Positions 16,349 through 25,235 of a stretch of DNA of 64,000 nucleotides are shown one piece after another. The first letter of the stretch is position 1. The number at the start of each line of letters is the position of its first letter. This DNA comes from an uncultured Solirubrobacterales bacterium (GTDB taxonomy: Bacteria; Actinomycetota; Thermoleophilia; Solirubrobacterales; 70-9): NCBI GenBank assembly GCA_963729075.1, contig CAVSMU010000007.1, positions 219,543 through 283,542 on the forward strand, written 5' to 3'. The notes beneath the pieces are model-generated. The model saw nothing but the letters and a program-made list of their open reading frames with translations, had not been told where the DNA came from and made no database searches. A program made the position numbers and the translations under genes.

Positions 16349-18343
16349 ATGACCGAGCACCGCCTGCCGGAGCGCGACCGGCCCTGGGTGATCCGCACCT
16401 ACGCCGGGCATTCCGACGCCCGGCGCTCGAACGAGCTCTACCGCCGCAATCTGGCCAAGGGCCAGACCGGCCTCTCGGTGGCTTTCGACCTCCCCACGCA
16501 GACCGGGTATGACCCCGACCACGTCCTCGCCCGCGGCGAGGTCGGCAAGGTCGGCGTCTCGATCGCGCACAAGGGCGACATGCACACGCTCCTCGACGGG
16601 ATCCCGCTCGACGAGATGAACACGTCGATGACGATCAACGCGACCGCAGCGTGGCTGCTCGCGCTCTACGTCACCGTCGCCGACGAGAACGGCATCGATC
16701 GCGCGGCCCTGACGGGCACGACCCAGAACGACATCATCAAGGAGTACCTCTCCCGCGGCACCTACGCGTTCCCGCCAGGACCGTCGATGCGCCTGATCGC
16801 GGACACCGTCGCGTTCGCGGTCAACGAGATCCCGAGATGGAACCCGACCAACGTCTGCAGCTATCACCTCCAGGAGGCAGGTGCGACCCCGGTGCAGGAG
16901 ATCGCCTACGCGATGTCGACCGCGATCGCCGTCCTCGACGAGGTGAAGGCGCGTGGACAGGTGGCCGAGGCGGACTTTCCGAAGGTCTTCGGGCGGATCT
17001 CGTTCTTCGTCAACGCCGGGGTCCGTTTCGTCGAGGAGCACGCGAAGCTGCGAGCGATGGGCGAGATCTGGGAGCGGCTCGGGCGCGAGCGCTACGGGGT
17101 GACCGAGCCGAAGTTCCTGCGCATGCGCTATGGCGTCCAGGTCAACTCGCTCGGCCTCACCGAGGCCCAGCCCGAGAACAACGTGCAGCGGATCGTGCTC
17201 GAGGCGCTCGCCGTCACCCTCGGGCGCAACGCCCGTGCCCGGGCGATCCAGCTCCCGGCCTGGAACGAGGCGCTCGGACTGCCGCGGCCCTGGGACCAGC
17301 AGTGGAGCCTGCGGATCCAGCAGGTGCTCGCGTACGAGACCGACCTGCTCGAGTACCCCGACATCTTCGAGGGGTCGAAGGTCATGGACGGCCTGGTCGC
17401 CGAGCTGGTCGAAGGCGCGGAGGAAGAGATGCGGATCGTGGCCGACCAGGGCGGCGCGGTGGAGGCCGTCGCCTACATGAAGGCGCGCCTGGTCGAGTCG
17501 CACCGCGAGCGGATCGCGCGGATCGAGCGCGAGGAGATCAAGGTCGTCGGCCAGAATTGCTTCACCGAGACCGAGGACTCGCCGTTGACGGCGGGAGCCG
17601 ACGGGGGCATCCTCAGGCCCGATCCAGAGGTGGAGCGTGAGTGCGTGGAGGCGCTGGAGGTCTGGAAGGCAGAGCGCGACCAGGCCGCCGTCGATGCGGC
17701 GCTCGGGCGGCTGGCGGAGGCAGCGGGCGATGAGTCGCAGAACGTCATGCCGGCGACGATCGAGGCGGCGAAGGCCGGAGCGACCACCGGTGAATGGGCG
17801 GGCGCGCTGCGCGAGGTCTTCGGCGACTACCGCGCTCCGACCGGCGTCTCCGGCGCCGCTGCGCCGAGCGACGAGCAGCAGCTCACGGCAGTGCGCAAGC
17901 GGGTCGACGAGCTCGCTCGCCGCATCGGACGCCGGCCGCGGATCCTCGTCGGCAAGCCGGGCCTCGACGGCCACTCCAACGGCGCGGAACAGATCGCCGT
18001 CCGCGCCCGCGACGTCGGCATGGAGGTCATCTATCAGGGGATCCGGCTCACGCCCGAGCAGATCGCCGCCTCGGCGGTCGAGGAGGACGTCGACGTCGTC
18101 GGGCTTTCGATCCTCTCCGGCTCGCACCTGGAGCTGATCCCCGAGACGGTGCGCCTGCTGCGCGAGCACGAGGTGGACGCGCCGGTCGTGATCGGCGGCA
18201 TCATCCCGCTCGCCGACGCCGAGAAGCTGCGCGCGGCCGGCGTCGCCCGCGTCTACACCCCGAAGGACTTCGACGTCACCCGGATCATGGGCGAGATCGT
18301 CGACCTCGTCGGCGAGCGCGCCGAGGCCGGCGCGCCCGCTTGA
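16349..18343 (+). CDS. ecm: ethylmalonyl-CoA mutase (B12-dependent, fused catalytic and B12-binding domains)
   Basis: Starts at in-frame ATG 16349. IRTYAGHSDARRSNELYRRNLAKGQTGLSVAFDLPTQTGYDPD is the Ecm/MeaA-type N-terminus rather than the methylmalonyl-CoA mutase type. The C-terminal cobalamin-binding domain has GLDGHSNG. Confidence 0.85.
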   Translation: MTEHRLPERDRPWVIRTYAGHSDARRSNELYRRNLAKGQTGLSVAFDLPTQTGYDPDHVLARGEVGKVGVSIAHKGDMHTLLDGIPLDEMNTSMTINATAAWLLALYVTVADENGIDRAALTGTTQNDIIKEYLSRGTYAFPPGPSMRLIADTVAFAVNEIPRWNPTNVCSYHLQEAGATPVQEIAYAMSTAIAVLDEVKARGQVAEADFPKVFGRISFFVNAGVRFVEEHAKLRAMGEIWERLGRERYGVTEPKFLRMRYGVQVNSLGLTEAQPENNVQRIVLEALAVTLGRNARARAIQLPAWNEALGLPRPWDQQWSLRIQQVLAYETDLLEYPDIFEGSKVMDGLVAELVEGAEEEMRIVADQGGAVEAVAYMKARLVESHRERIARIEREEIKVVGQNCFTETEDSPLTAGADGGILRPDPEVERECVEALEVWKAERDQAAVDAALGRLAEAAGDESQNVMPATIEAAKAGATTGEWAGALREVFGDYRAPTGVSGAAAPSDEQQLTAVRKRVDELARRIGRRPRILVGKPGLDGHSNGAEQIAVRARDVGMEVIYQGIRLTPEQIAASAVEEDVDVVGLSILSGSHLELIPETVRLLREHEVDAPVVIGGIIPLADAEKLRAAGVARVYTPKDFDVTRIMGEIVDLVGERAEAGAPA

Positions 18344-18966
18344 GCCCAAAGCCGATCGAGTTCCCGGTCGACGGGCTAAGCGACGGCGTCGTGCACCTGC
18401 GGCTGATCGCCGAAGCCGACATCCCCGCGATCGTCGACGCCGTCCAGGACCCCGAGATCCCGCGCTGGACCCGGGTCCCGGACCCCTACAGCGAGGAGGA
18501 CGGGCGCCACTTTCACCGGATGGCGACCACCGGCCGTGAGGCCGGGACCGACCTCGCGACGGTGATCGTCGACGCGGACGACGGCCACCTACTCGGCACC
18601 ATCGCCCTCCACAACATCGACCCGGAGAACGGCCGCTGCACGGGCGGCTACTGGATCGCGGCGCCCGAGCGCCGGCGTGGCGTCGCGCGCCGTGCCCTCG
18701 CCCTGCTCTGCCGCTACGGGTTCGAGGAGCTGGACGTCCAGCGGATCGAGCTCTGGATCGACCCCACGAACACCGCGTCGCTTCGGGTGGCGGTGGTCGC
18801 CGGCTTTCACCGCGAGGGCCTGCTGCGCTCGTTCGTGCCGATCCGCGGCGAGCGCCGCGACATGCTCATGTACTCACTCTTGCCGGGCGACCTCCGGCGG
18901 TCGACCGGGCTGGCACACGTCTACCTCGACCTTAGGTTTACTCTACCGAGTGAAGCGGCGCACTAG
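18340..18966 (+). CDS. GNAT family N-acetyltransferase (RimJ/RimL-like)
   Basis: TTG at 18340 overlaps the ecm stop (TTGA). The Q/RxxGxA-like motif is ERRRGVARRAL, followed by WIDPTNTASLRVAVVAGFHREGLLR. The last ~20 codons run into a lower-GC segment. Confidence 0.8.
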   Translation: MSPKPIEFPVDGLSDGVVHLRLIAEADIPAIVDAVQDPEIPRWTRVPDPYSEEDGRHFHRMATTGREAGTDLATVIVDADDGHLLGTIALHNIDPENGRCTGGYWIAAPERRRGVARRALALLCRYGFEELDVQRIELWIDPTNTASLRVAVVAGFHREGLLRSFVPIRGERRDMLMYSLLPGDLRRSTGLAHVYLDLRFTLPSEAAH

Positions 18967-19055
18967 GTGATCGTGCAGGCCTTGTTCTCGCCGACCGGCC
19001 AGGCTGACGCTGCCGTTGGCGGAGCCAGAAGCGCAGCGCGCTCTCGCAGGCCAAG

Positions 19056-19310
19056 ATGCAGCTCCTGCAGCAGCTGTTGGCGGCCGAGCTCAACGCCTCA
19101 GCGTTCGGGTCGACGCCCAACAGCGGTTCGTTCGCCACCTGGGAGGCCGCGTTCTGCGGGACCAACTCGAACGCCATCAAGAACACGCAGCAGCAGGCCG
19201 CGTCGTTCAACTCGCAGGGCGACAGTCAGACGTTCACGCCAGGCACGTCCCCGGACAGCAAGTTCGCACGGTTTATCGCCAAGCTCACGTACTGGGACAG
19301 CTGGAACTAA
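19056..19310 (+). CDS. small hypothetical ORF (84 aa, N/Q/S/T-rich) in a locally lower-GC island
   Basis: ATG-initiated ORF MQLLQQLLAAELNASAFGSTPNSGSF...KLTYWDSWN. Its composition is unlike its neighbours. No signal peptide or recognisable family. Confidence 0.3.
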   Translation: MQLLQQLLAAELNASAFGSTPNSGSFATWEAAFCGTNSNAIKNTQQQAASFNSQGDSQTFTPGTSPDSKFARFIAKLTYWDSWN

Positions 19311-19630
19311 CGAACCGGACGCCGAGCGCCGATAGATCCTGGTCTACCGGCCCGTCATGAACCGAAGATGACCGCTCCGCGCTAGCCGCGGCGGCGGGTC
19401 ACGTTCGGTGCGTGCGGGCCTCGGCTCTCCGGCTGGCGGGCGCGGCCTGACCACCTTCGGGCGGTCCCGGCGGACCCTTGCTCGTGCCGCTAGCCCGTCC
19501 ACCAGGAGGTCCCGACGATCTAGCCGAGCCCGCCGCCGGGGTCGGCCCCCGGACAGGGCGCCGGCGACCCGGTGTGCGAGTGGGCGATCCGACCTCCGGG
19601 CACGCGCCCGACGGCGCTACGCTAGGAGCG

Positions 19631-20215
19631 ATGGATCCGGGGTTCCCGCCTCCTGAGGTGAACGGCGACCGCAGCGCCTGGCTTCGCTGCTATCGGTGCT
19701 GGTCGACGCGCCTCGAGGCGCAGGTGCACTACGACGCGATCATCCGGGTCGACCCGGACTCCGGCGAGACCGCAGAGCGGGTCGAGGAGGTCCAGGAGGC
19801 GGTCGTGCAGTGCCTCGACTGCATGCACGACCAGCCCCATCTGGCGATCGAGGAGGGGCACGTGGTCCCGATCCAGGACCGCTGGGAGCGAATGGTCGCC
19901 GGCACGCCTTGGGTCGCCTCGTGCACGGTCACCGTCGACCAGGACCAGGTCGAGACCTGCTCCGGGCCGGAGGCCGCCGACAGCCTCACCTACGCCTCGT
20001 TCGGCGATCCCGGGACGCGCGAGTTCTTCACCCACGTGCGCTTCCACAAGCACGACGAGGAGCGGATCATCGTCCACCTGCTGGTCGAGCTGTACGCGCG
20101 CTCAGCCGAGGAGGCCACCGACGTGCTCGAGGGCGCCTCGCGGGGGACGCTCGAGCTCACCTCGCTCGCCGAGGAATCGCGCCCGCCGGCGCACGCCGCC
20201 GACGAGGCGCACTAG
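19631..20215 (+). CDS. hypothetical protein with two CxxC pairs (possible zinc ribbon)
   Basis: ATG at 19631 preceded by AGGAG. CYRC and CLDC lie about 50 residues apart. The ORF is open upstream to 19478, so the start is uncertain. Confidence 0.55.
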   Translation: MDPGFPPPEVNGDRSAWLRCYRCWSTRLEAQVHYDAIIRVDPDSGETAERVEEVQEAVVQCLDCMHDQPHLAIEEGHVVPIQDRWERMVAGTPWVASCTVTVDQDQVETCSGPEAADSLTYASFGDPGTREFFTHVRFHKHDEERIIVHLLVELYARSAEEATDVLEGASRGTLELTSLAEESRPPAHAADEAH

Positions 20216-20219
20216 CCGC

Positions 20220-21197
20220 TTGGCGGGTATCGGCGCCTTCATCTCCCCGGGGCGCAGGCTCCCCAGGACGCTCGAGCGGGTGGCGCTCGCCGACCGGCTC
20301 GGATTCGACGCCGCGTACACGACCCACATCGCCGGGCGCGACTCGCTCACCGTGCTGATGGCCTACGCGAGCGCGTCCGACCGGATCAGGCTCGGAACCG
20401 GGGTCGTGCCGATCTTCTCCCGCACCCCGGCGACCATGGCCCAGTCCGCGGCGACGATCGACGAGTTCTCGGGTGGGCGGATGGTGCTCGGGCTCGGCGT
20501 CTCGCACCGGGTCACCGTGGAGAACTGGCACGGAGCGAAGATCGACAAGCCCGTCACCCAGATGCGCGAGTACCTCGGTGCGGTGCGGGCGATCCTGCGC
20601 GGCGAGGAGCCGCCGGAGTCCGAGCGCTTTCCGACCCGGTTCGCGTTCATGGGCTACGAGGCGCGGGCCGACCTGCCCGTCTACGTCGCCGCGCTGTCGC
20701 CGAACATGCTCCGCCTCGCCGGCGAGCTGGCCGACGGGGTGATGCTGTGGCTCTGCTCTCCCGCCTACATCCGCGAGACGGTGATCCCGACCGTGCGCGA
20801 GGGGCTCGAGCGGGCCGGCCGCTCGCCCGACGATTTCGACGTCGTGGCCGCCGTCCCGGCCGCGCTCGCCGATGACGCGGAGGCCGCCCGCGCGACCTTC
20901 CGCCAGGAGCTGATCCCCTACGCGTCGCTTCCGTTCTACCGGGCGATGCTCGAGTCGTCGGGCTTCGGCGAGGAGATCGCAGCCTTCGACGACGGCATGG
21001 CCGCGGGCGACGTCGAGCGAGCCAAGGCGGGGCTCTCGGAGGGGATGCTCGGCGAGCTCGCCGGGATCGGGGGCAAGGAGGATGTCCACGGCGCCGTTCG
21101 CCGCTACCAGGACGCGGGGGTGACCTCCCCCTGCGTCGGCGGCGTGCCCGGGACCGACTTCGACGCCACCCTGGAGGCGGTCGCCGAGCTCCTCTAG
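20220..21197 (+). CDS. LLM-class (luciferase-like) F420-dependent oxidoreductase
   Basis: RLGFDAAYTTHI...IRLGTGVVPIFSRTPATMAQSAATIDEFSGGRMVLGLGVSH is the typical LLM TIM-barrel pattern. TTG start. Confidence 0.85.
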   Translation: MAGIGAFISPGRRLPRTLERVALADRLGFDAAYTTHIAGRDSLTVLMAYASASDRIRLGTGVVPIFSRTPATMAQSAATIDEFSGGRMVLGLGVSHRVTVENWHGAKIDKPVTQMREYLGAVRAILRGEEPPESERFPTRFAFMGYEARADLPVYVAALSPNMLRLAGELADGVMLWLCSPAYIRETVIPTVREGLERAGRSPDDFDVVAAVPAALADDAEAARATFRQELIPYASLPFYRAMLESSGFGEEIAAFDDGMAAGDVERAKAGLSEGMLGELAGIGGKEDVHGAVRRYQDAGVTSPCVGGVPGTDFDATLEAVAELL

Positions 21198-21742
21198 AGC
21201 GGCAGCTTCGAGCGCAGGCGCTGGGCGCCGACCAGCGCCCGCTCGGCGAAGCCGCCGCGCGGCGGGAACAGGCCGAGCTGGCGAGCAAGCTGGGAGAAGT
21301 CGTAGATCGCCTCGTAGCGCCAGATCAGCCCGTCGCGAAACTGCCAGACGTCGAAGCCCTTGACCTCGATCCGCTTCCCGGTGGCGGCGAACCCTGGCGG
21401 ATCGATCGGCCCGCTGTTGGTTCCGGTCATTTGCCAGGGAACGTAGGCGGCCAGTGAGTCGTCGGCGATCGCCGGCTCGCCCGGCTCGCTGAAGGTCAGG
21501 TCGGGGAAGGCCTGTACCGAGGTGCGCACGAAGTCGGCGACGCCTACGCGCCCCATCGCGGGCTCGGCAAGGGCCGGGTCGATCCAGATCACGTCCTCGT
21601 GGGCGCAGGCGGCGACCGCGGCCGCATCGCCCGAGTTCCACGCGGCCTCGTAGCGCTCGCCGAACTCCCGCAGCCATTCCATGCTCTCGATCGGCTCGGC
21701 GCCCTCGCCGATCCGCGTCCCGGTAGCAGCCTCCATCGCCAT
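21194..21742 (-). CDS. SnoaL-like/NTF2-fold protein (ester cyclase-like)
   Basis: MAMEAATG... The second ATG (21736) has better SD spacing to GAGAGGAG. YEAAWNSGDAAAVAACAHEDVIWIDP and KGFDVWQFRDGLIWRYEAIYD are typical SnoaL patterns. Confidence 0.75.
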   Translation of the reverse strand: MAMEAATGTRIGEGAEPIESMEWLREFGERYEAAWNSGDAAAVAACAHEDVIWIDPALAEPAMGRVGVADFVRTSVQAFPDLTFSEPGEPAIADDSLAAYVPWQMTGTNSGPIDPPGFAATGKRIEVKGFDVWQFRDGLIWRYEAIYDFSQLARQLGLFPPRGGFAERALVGAQRLRSKLPL

Positions 21743-21767
21743 TCTCCTCTCGTTCGCTCGCCCGAGC

Positions 21768-22724
21768 CTATCGCCGCGAGAGCCGCTCGAACAGGGTTCC
21801 GGCGGCGAGCACGAGCGCATCGCGGCCCGGGGCGCCGACGACCTGCAGCGAGCCCGCCGGACCGCCGACAGCCGCGGGCAGCGCGAGCGCCGGAGCGCCG
21901 ATGGCGTTGAACGGGACGGTGTAGCTGATCGCGCGCTCGCGCATGGTCAGCTCGTCGACGTCGGCCGGCGGGGGCGCCATTGGCACGGTCGGCGTCAGCA
22001 GGAGGTCGAAGCGCTCGAACAGCTCGTCGTACTGCTGGCGCAGCTCGTCGCGCCGGCGACAGGCCTCCCGGTAGTCGGCATCGGAAACGGCCAGGCAACG
22101 CTCGATCTTGGCCGCCACGTTCGCGCCGTAGCGCTCGCGATGCTCGGCGAAGATCGGCTCGTGAACCTCGGCCACCTCGCGCATGAAGCCGGGGTAGACG
22201 TCACGGATGGAGGGAAGCGTGATCCGCTCGGGGCGATCGAGGTCGATGTCGCCCACGACTGCGATTCGCAGCTCGTCGAGCGAGTCGAGCCGGGCGGGCT
22301 CGAAGCCCGGCACGAGTGCCTCGGTGAGCTGGACGCAGACCCCGACGTCGCGCGCCATCGGCCCCGCCGTGTCGAAGCTCGGCGCCAGCGGGAAGCAGCC
22401 GTCCATCGGCACCAGGCCGTGGCTCGGCTTGAAGCCGACCACGCCGCACCAGGCGGCCGGGATCCTGATCGACCCGCCCGAGTCCGTCCCGAGCGCACCC
22501 TCAGCCAACCCGGCGGCGACCGCCGCAGCGCTGCCGCCGCTCGATCCGCCTGCGACCCGACCGGGGGCGGCGGGGTTTGGCACGTCGCCGAAGTGCGGGT
22601 TCTGCGACGTGATCCCGTACGCGAACTCGTGGAGGTTCGCCTTGCCGACGTTTGCCCAGCCGGCCGTCTCGAGCCGCGTCACGGCCTCGGCCGTGCGCGC
22701 CGGGACGTGGTCGCGAAAGACCAA
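21768..22724 (-). pseudogene. amidase-signature family enzyme, apparently 5'-truncated. Homology continues to about 22830, but no canonical start exists upstream of the catalytic Lys.
   Basis: Amidase signature GGSSGGSAAAVAAG and GTDSGGSIRIPAAWCG. The conserved AVKDLFDTAGLTTTYGS (catalytic Lys) lies upstream of the first TTG (22724). There is an in-frame TGA at 22884-22886, and no amidase-like N-terminus in any frame beyond it. Confidence 0.6.
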
Positions 22725-22827
22725 GGAGCCATAGGTGGTGGTCAGCCCGGCGGTGTCGAAGAGGTCCTTGACCGCGAGTGCGCGGCCCTCGCCCGGCGAC
22801 GGCGGGCGCGCGAGGAAGATCCCGGCG

Positions 22828-23376
22828 TTAGTCGACGTCGGCCTCGGCCTTCGGCGAGTCGCCGCCGTCGGGGCGCTTCGGGATCAGCACCGCCCGCTTG
22901 AACTCGGCGACCAGGGTCCCGTCCTGCTTGAAGACCCGCGTATGGACCCGGACGATGCCGCGGTCGGGCTTCGAGGTCGAGGGGCGCACATCGAGCACCT
23001 CCGACTCGCAGTAGAGCGTGTCACCGTGGAACACGGGCGCGGGGTGGGAGAGCTCCTCGGTCGCCAGGTTCGCGATCGCCTTTCCCGACACATCGGAGAC
23101 CGACATCCCCAGCGCAAGCGCGTAGACCAGGGGCCCGACGACGACGTTGCGGCCCTGTTGCGACTCGGACGCGTAGACGTCGTTGATGTGCAGCGGGTGG
23201 TGGTTCATCGTGATCAGGCAGAACAGATGGTCATCTGCCTCGGTCACGGTCTTCGCCGGCCAGTGCTTGTAGATCGCACCGACCTCGAACTCCTCGAGGT
23301 AGCGGCCGTAGGGGTGGGCACCGGAGGCCTCGCGCTCCGACTGGCCAGTTGAGAGGGTGTGGTCCGTGTCGTTCAT
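22828..23376 (-). CDS. MaoC-like (R)-specific enoyl-CoA hydratase; candidate mesaconyl-CoA or itaconyl-CoA hydratase
   Basis: 182-aa single hot-dog domain: WPAKTVTEADDHLFCLITMNHHPLHINDVYA...GDTLYCESEVLDVR. This is the type found next to citE/mcl-like lyase genes in Actinobacteria. Confidence 0.78.
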   Translation of the reverse strand: MNDTDHTLSTGQSEREASGAHPYGRYLEEFEVGAIYKHWPAKTVTEADDHLFCLITMNHHPLHINDVYASESQQGRNVVVGPLVYALALGMSVSDVSGKAIANLATEELSHPAPVFHGDTLYCESEVLDVRPSTSKPDRGIVRVHTRVFKQDGTLVAEFKRAVLIPKRPDGGDSPKAEADVD

Positions 23377-23400
23377 CGGCGCGGCATCGTAGCGACGACG

Positions 23401-24492
23401 TCAGGCAAGGGTCGCATCGAGGCCCTCGAACCTACCGATGTCGTCGACCTCGGCGGCAACGGCGCGCTCGATCTCCGCGCCGAGCGGCGTGAACGGCTCC
23501 ATCGTCACCGCGAGCCGCCGCCCGCTACGCCTCGATGACCAGGTGCCGACGAACCGCCCATCGACGGTGACGGTCGGGCGGACGATCCCGCCGCCGGGGA
23601 GGATCCGCTTGGCGTCCGCCTCCGAGACGGCGAAGTCGCGGCTCACGTAACCGAGGTTGTAGTTGTCGAACGCGCCCAGCAGGCGGACGACCGGCGAGCG
23701 CAAGCGCCGGCGAGCATCGCGGGTCTCCAGGAGCACCGCGTCGCCGGCGCGCCGCTCGCGCAGCCCGGAGGCGATCCGCTCGAGCCCGAGCCGGCAGTCG
23801 CGCAGCGGCAGCCCCGCCCAGCGTGCGAGGTCGCGCTCGGACGCCGGCCCGTACGCGCGGATGTAGCGGCGGGCGAGCTCGGCGAGCGAGTCCTCGCGCG
23901 AGCGCGTCTCGAGCTCGCCGAGCCAATCGTGCGTGCGTACGAGGCACGTCTGACCGCCCCGGTCGGGGCCGAGACAGAGCTCGCCGTCGAGGGTCGCCAG
24001 CAGCCACAGGTGGACCTTGAACTCCGCTGCGGCTTCGAACCCCTCGCGCTCGAGCCGCTCGGCCAGCTCGGTCCGGGTCAGGGGGCCGTCCTCGGCGACG
24101 GCCGAGTCCAGGACTGCGAGCGCCCGGTCCTGGGCGTTGCTGTCGAGGCCGAAGTCGGCGAGCCGCTTGCGCGACCACCGGACGATGATCGGCGCGAACA
24201 GGGGCACGATCCACCCGGCGTCCTCGGCCGGGACCAGGTGAACCGTCTTGCGCATCATCCAGGCGCGCAGGAGCGAGCGCTCCTCGGTCCGTGCCGCGTC
24301 GACGTCCGCGGCCGTCAGTCCGCGGCCGCGGGCCCGGAACGCAAGCTTCGCCGCGCGCGGCTCCTGCGCCTGGATCGGCCCGGCAAGCCGCGCCACGTCC
24401 GCCGGGTGGCGCACGTCGGTCGGCCGGGCCAGCAGCTGCGCGGCGGCTCGCGCCCGCGCGAGCCCCCGCCGGTCGCTCCGTGGTCCGGCCAA
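23401..24492 (-). CDS. winged-helix DNA-binding protein, AlkZ/YcaQ-like (DUF1006) putative DNA glycosylase
   Basis: TTG at 24492 lies immediately after the upstream gene's stop. GPIQAQEPRAAKLAFRAR, TVHLVPAEDAGW and CLVRTHDWLG fit the AlkZ-like family layout. Confidence 0.7.
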   Translation of the reverse strand: MAGPRSDRRGLARARAAAQLLARPTDVRHPADVARLAGPIQAQEPRAAKLAFRARGRGLTAADVDAARTEERSLLRAWMMRKTVHLVPAEDAGWIVPLFAPIIVRWSRKRLADFGLDSNAQDRALAVLDSAVAEDGPLTRTELAERLEREGFEAAAEFKVHLWLLATLDGELCLGPDRGGQTCLVRTHDWLGELETRSREDSLAELARRYIRAYGPASERDLARWAGLPLRDCRLGLERIASGLRERRAGDAVLLETRDARRRLRSPVVRLLGAFDNYNLGYVSRDFAVSEADAKRILPGGGIVRPTVTVDGRFVGTWSSRRSGRRLAVTMEPFTPLGAEIERAVAAEVDDIGRFEGLDATLA

Positions 24493-24493
24493 G

Positions 24494-24841
24494 CTAGCCG
24501 CGCTCGATCGCCTTGCCGAGCAGGCGCCGGACGCGGGGATCGCCCTCGACCTTGAGGTGGTCGGTGTAGAACGCGTCCTTCCAGTCGGCGAGCTCGCCCT
24601 CCTCCGCGAGCAGATTGAACATCGCGCGCGGAACCGAGAGCGTGATCCGGGCGTCGTCGGCCTCCCCCTCACTCACGTCGGGGCCCGGCACCTCGATCCG
24701 GAAGTGCTCCGAGCGCTGCGGGCCGGTGAGGCCGCCGCCGGTGAGCTCGAGCGCGGCCACCAGCTTCAAGCCCGCCAGCGCCGGGACCTGCGCCTGGAAC
24801 CGCTGAACGGCGACGATGATCAGCTCGCTGGTCGGGGCCAA
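24494..24841 (-). CDS. SCP2 sterol-binding domain protein
   Basis: 115 aa. ITLSVPRAMFNLLAEEGELADWKDAFYTDHLKVEGDPRVRRLLGKAI is the SCP2 C-terminal pattern. Paralog of the next gene. Confidence 0.75.
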   Translation of the reverse strand: MAPTSELIIVAVQRFQAQVPALAGLKLVAALELTGGGLTGPQRSEHFRIEVPGPDVSEGEADDARITLSVPRAMFNLLAEEGELADWKDAFYTDHLKVEGDPRVRRLLGKAIERG

Positions 24842-24860
24842 GGCCGGTCGCTCCGGACGC

Positions 24861-25226
24861 TCAGCGGGAGCGCCGCAGCGCTCCGCGCGCCTCGGTGCGG
24901 GCGATCACCTGGCCGACGAGCCTCTGGATGTTCGGATCGCCCTCGACCTTGACGTGCCCGAGGTCGTACGCGTCATGCCAGTGCTTGATCGTCCCGTCGG
25001 CGACCAACTCGTTGAAGTGCGAGCGCGGAACCGAGACGTGGACGCGCTCGTCGTCGCCGAAGCCCTTCGAGATCTTCGGCCCCGGAAGCTCGACGCGGTA
25101 CGGCTGCACGTCGCCACGGGCGCGAATCTCGAGGCCGAATACCAGCTTCAGCTTCGCCAGGGCCGGGACCTCCTCCTGGAGGCGCTCGACGGCGGTGCGG
25201 ATCATCTCGGCCGTGCTCGTCGCCAC
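24861..25226 (-). CDS. SCP2 sterol-binding domain protein
   Basis: 121 aa, colinear with the previous gene (VPALAKLKLVFGLE..., HVKVEGDPNIQRLVGQVI). Confidence 0.75.
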   Translation of the reverse strand: MATSTAEMIRTAVERLQEEVPALAKLKLVFGLEIRARGDVQPYRVELPGPKISKGFGDDERVHVSVPRSHFNELVADGTIKHWHDAYDLGHVKVEGDPNIQRLVGQVIARTEARGALRRSR

Positions 25227-25235
25227 GTCGCGTTT

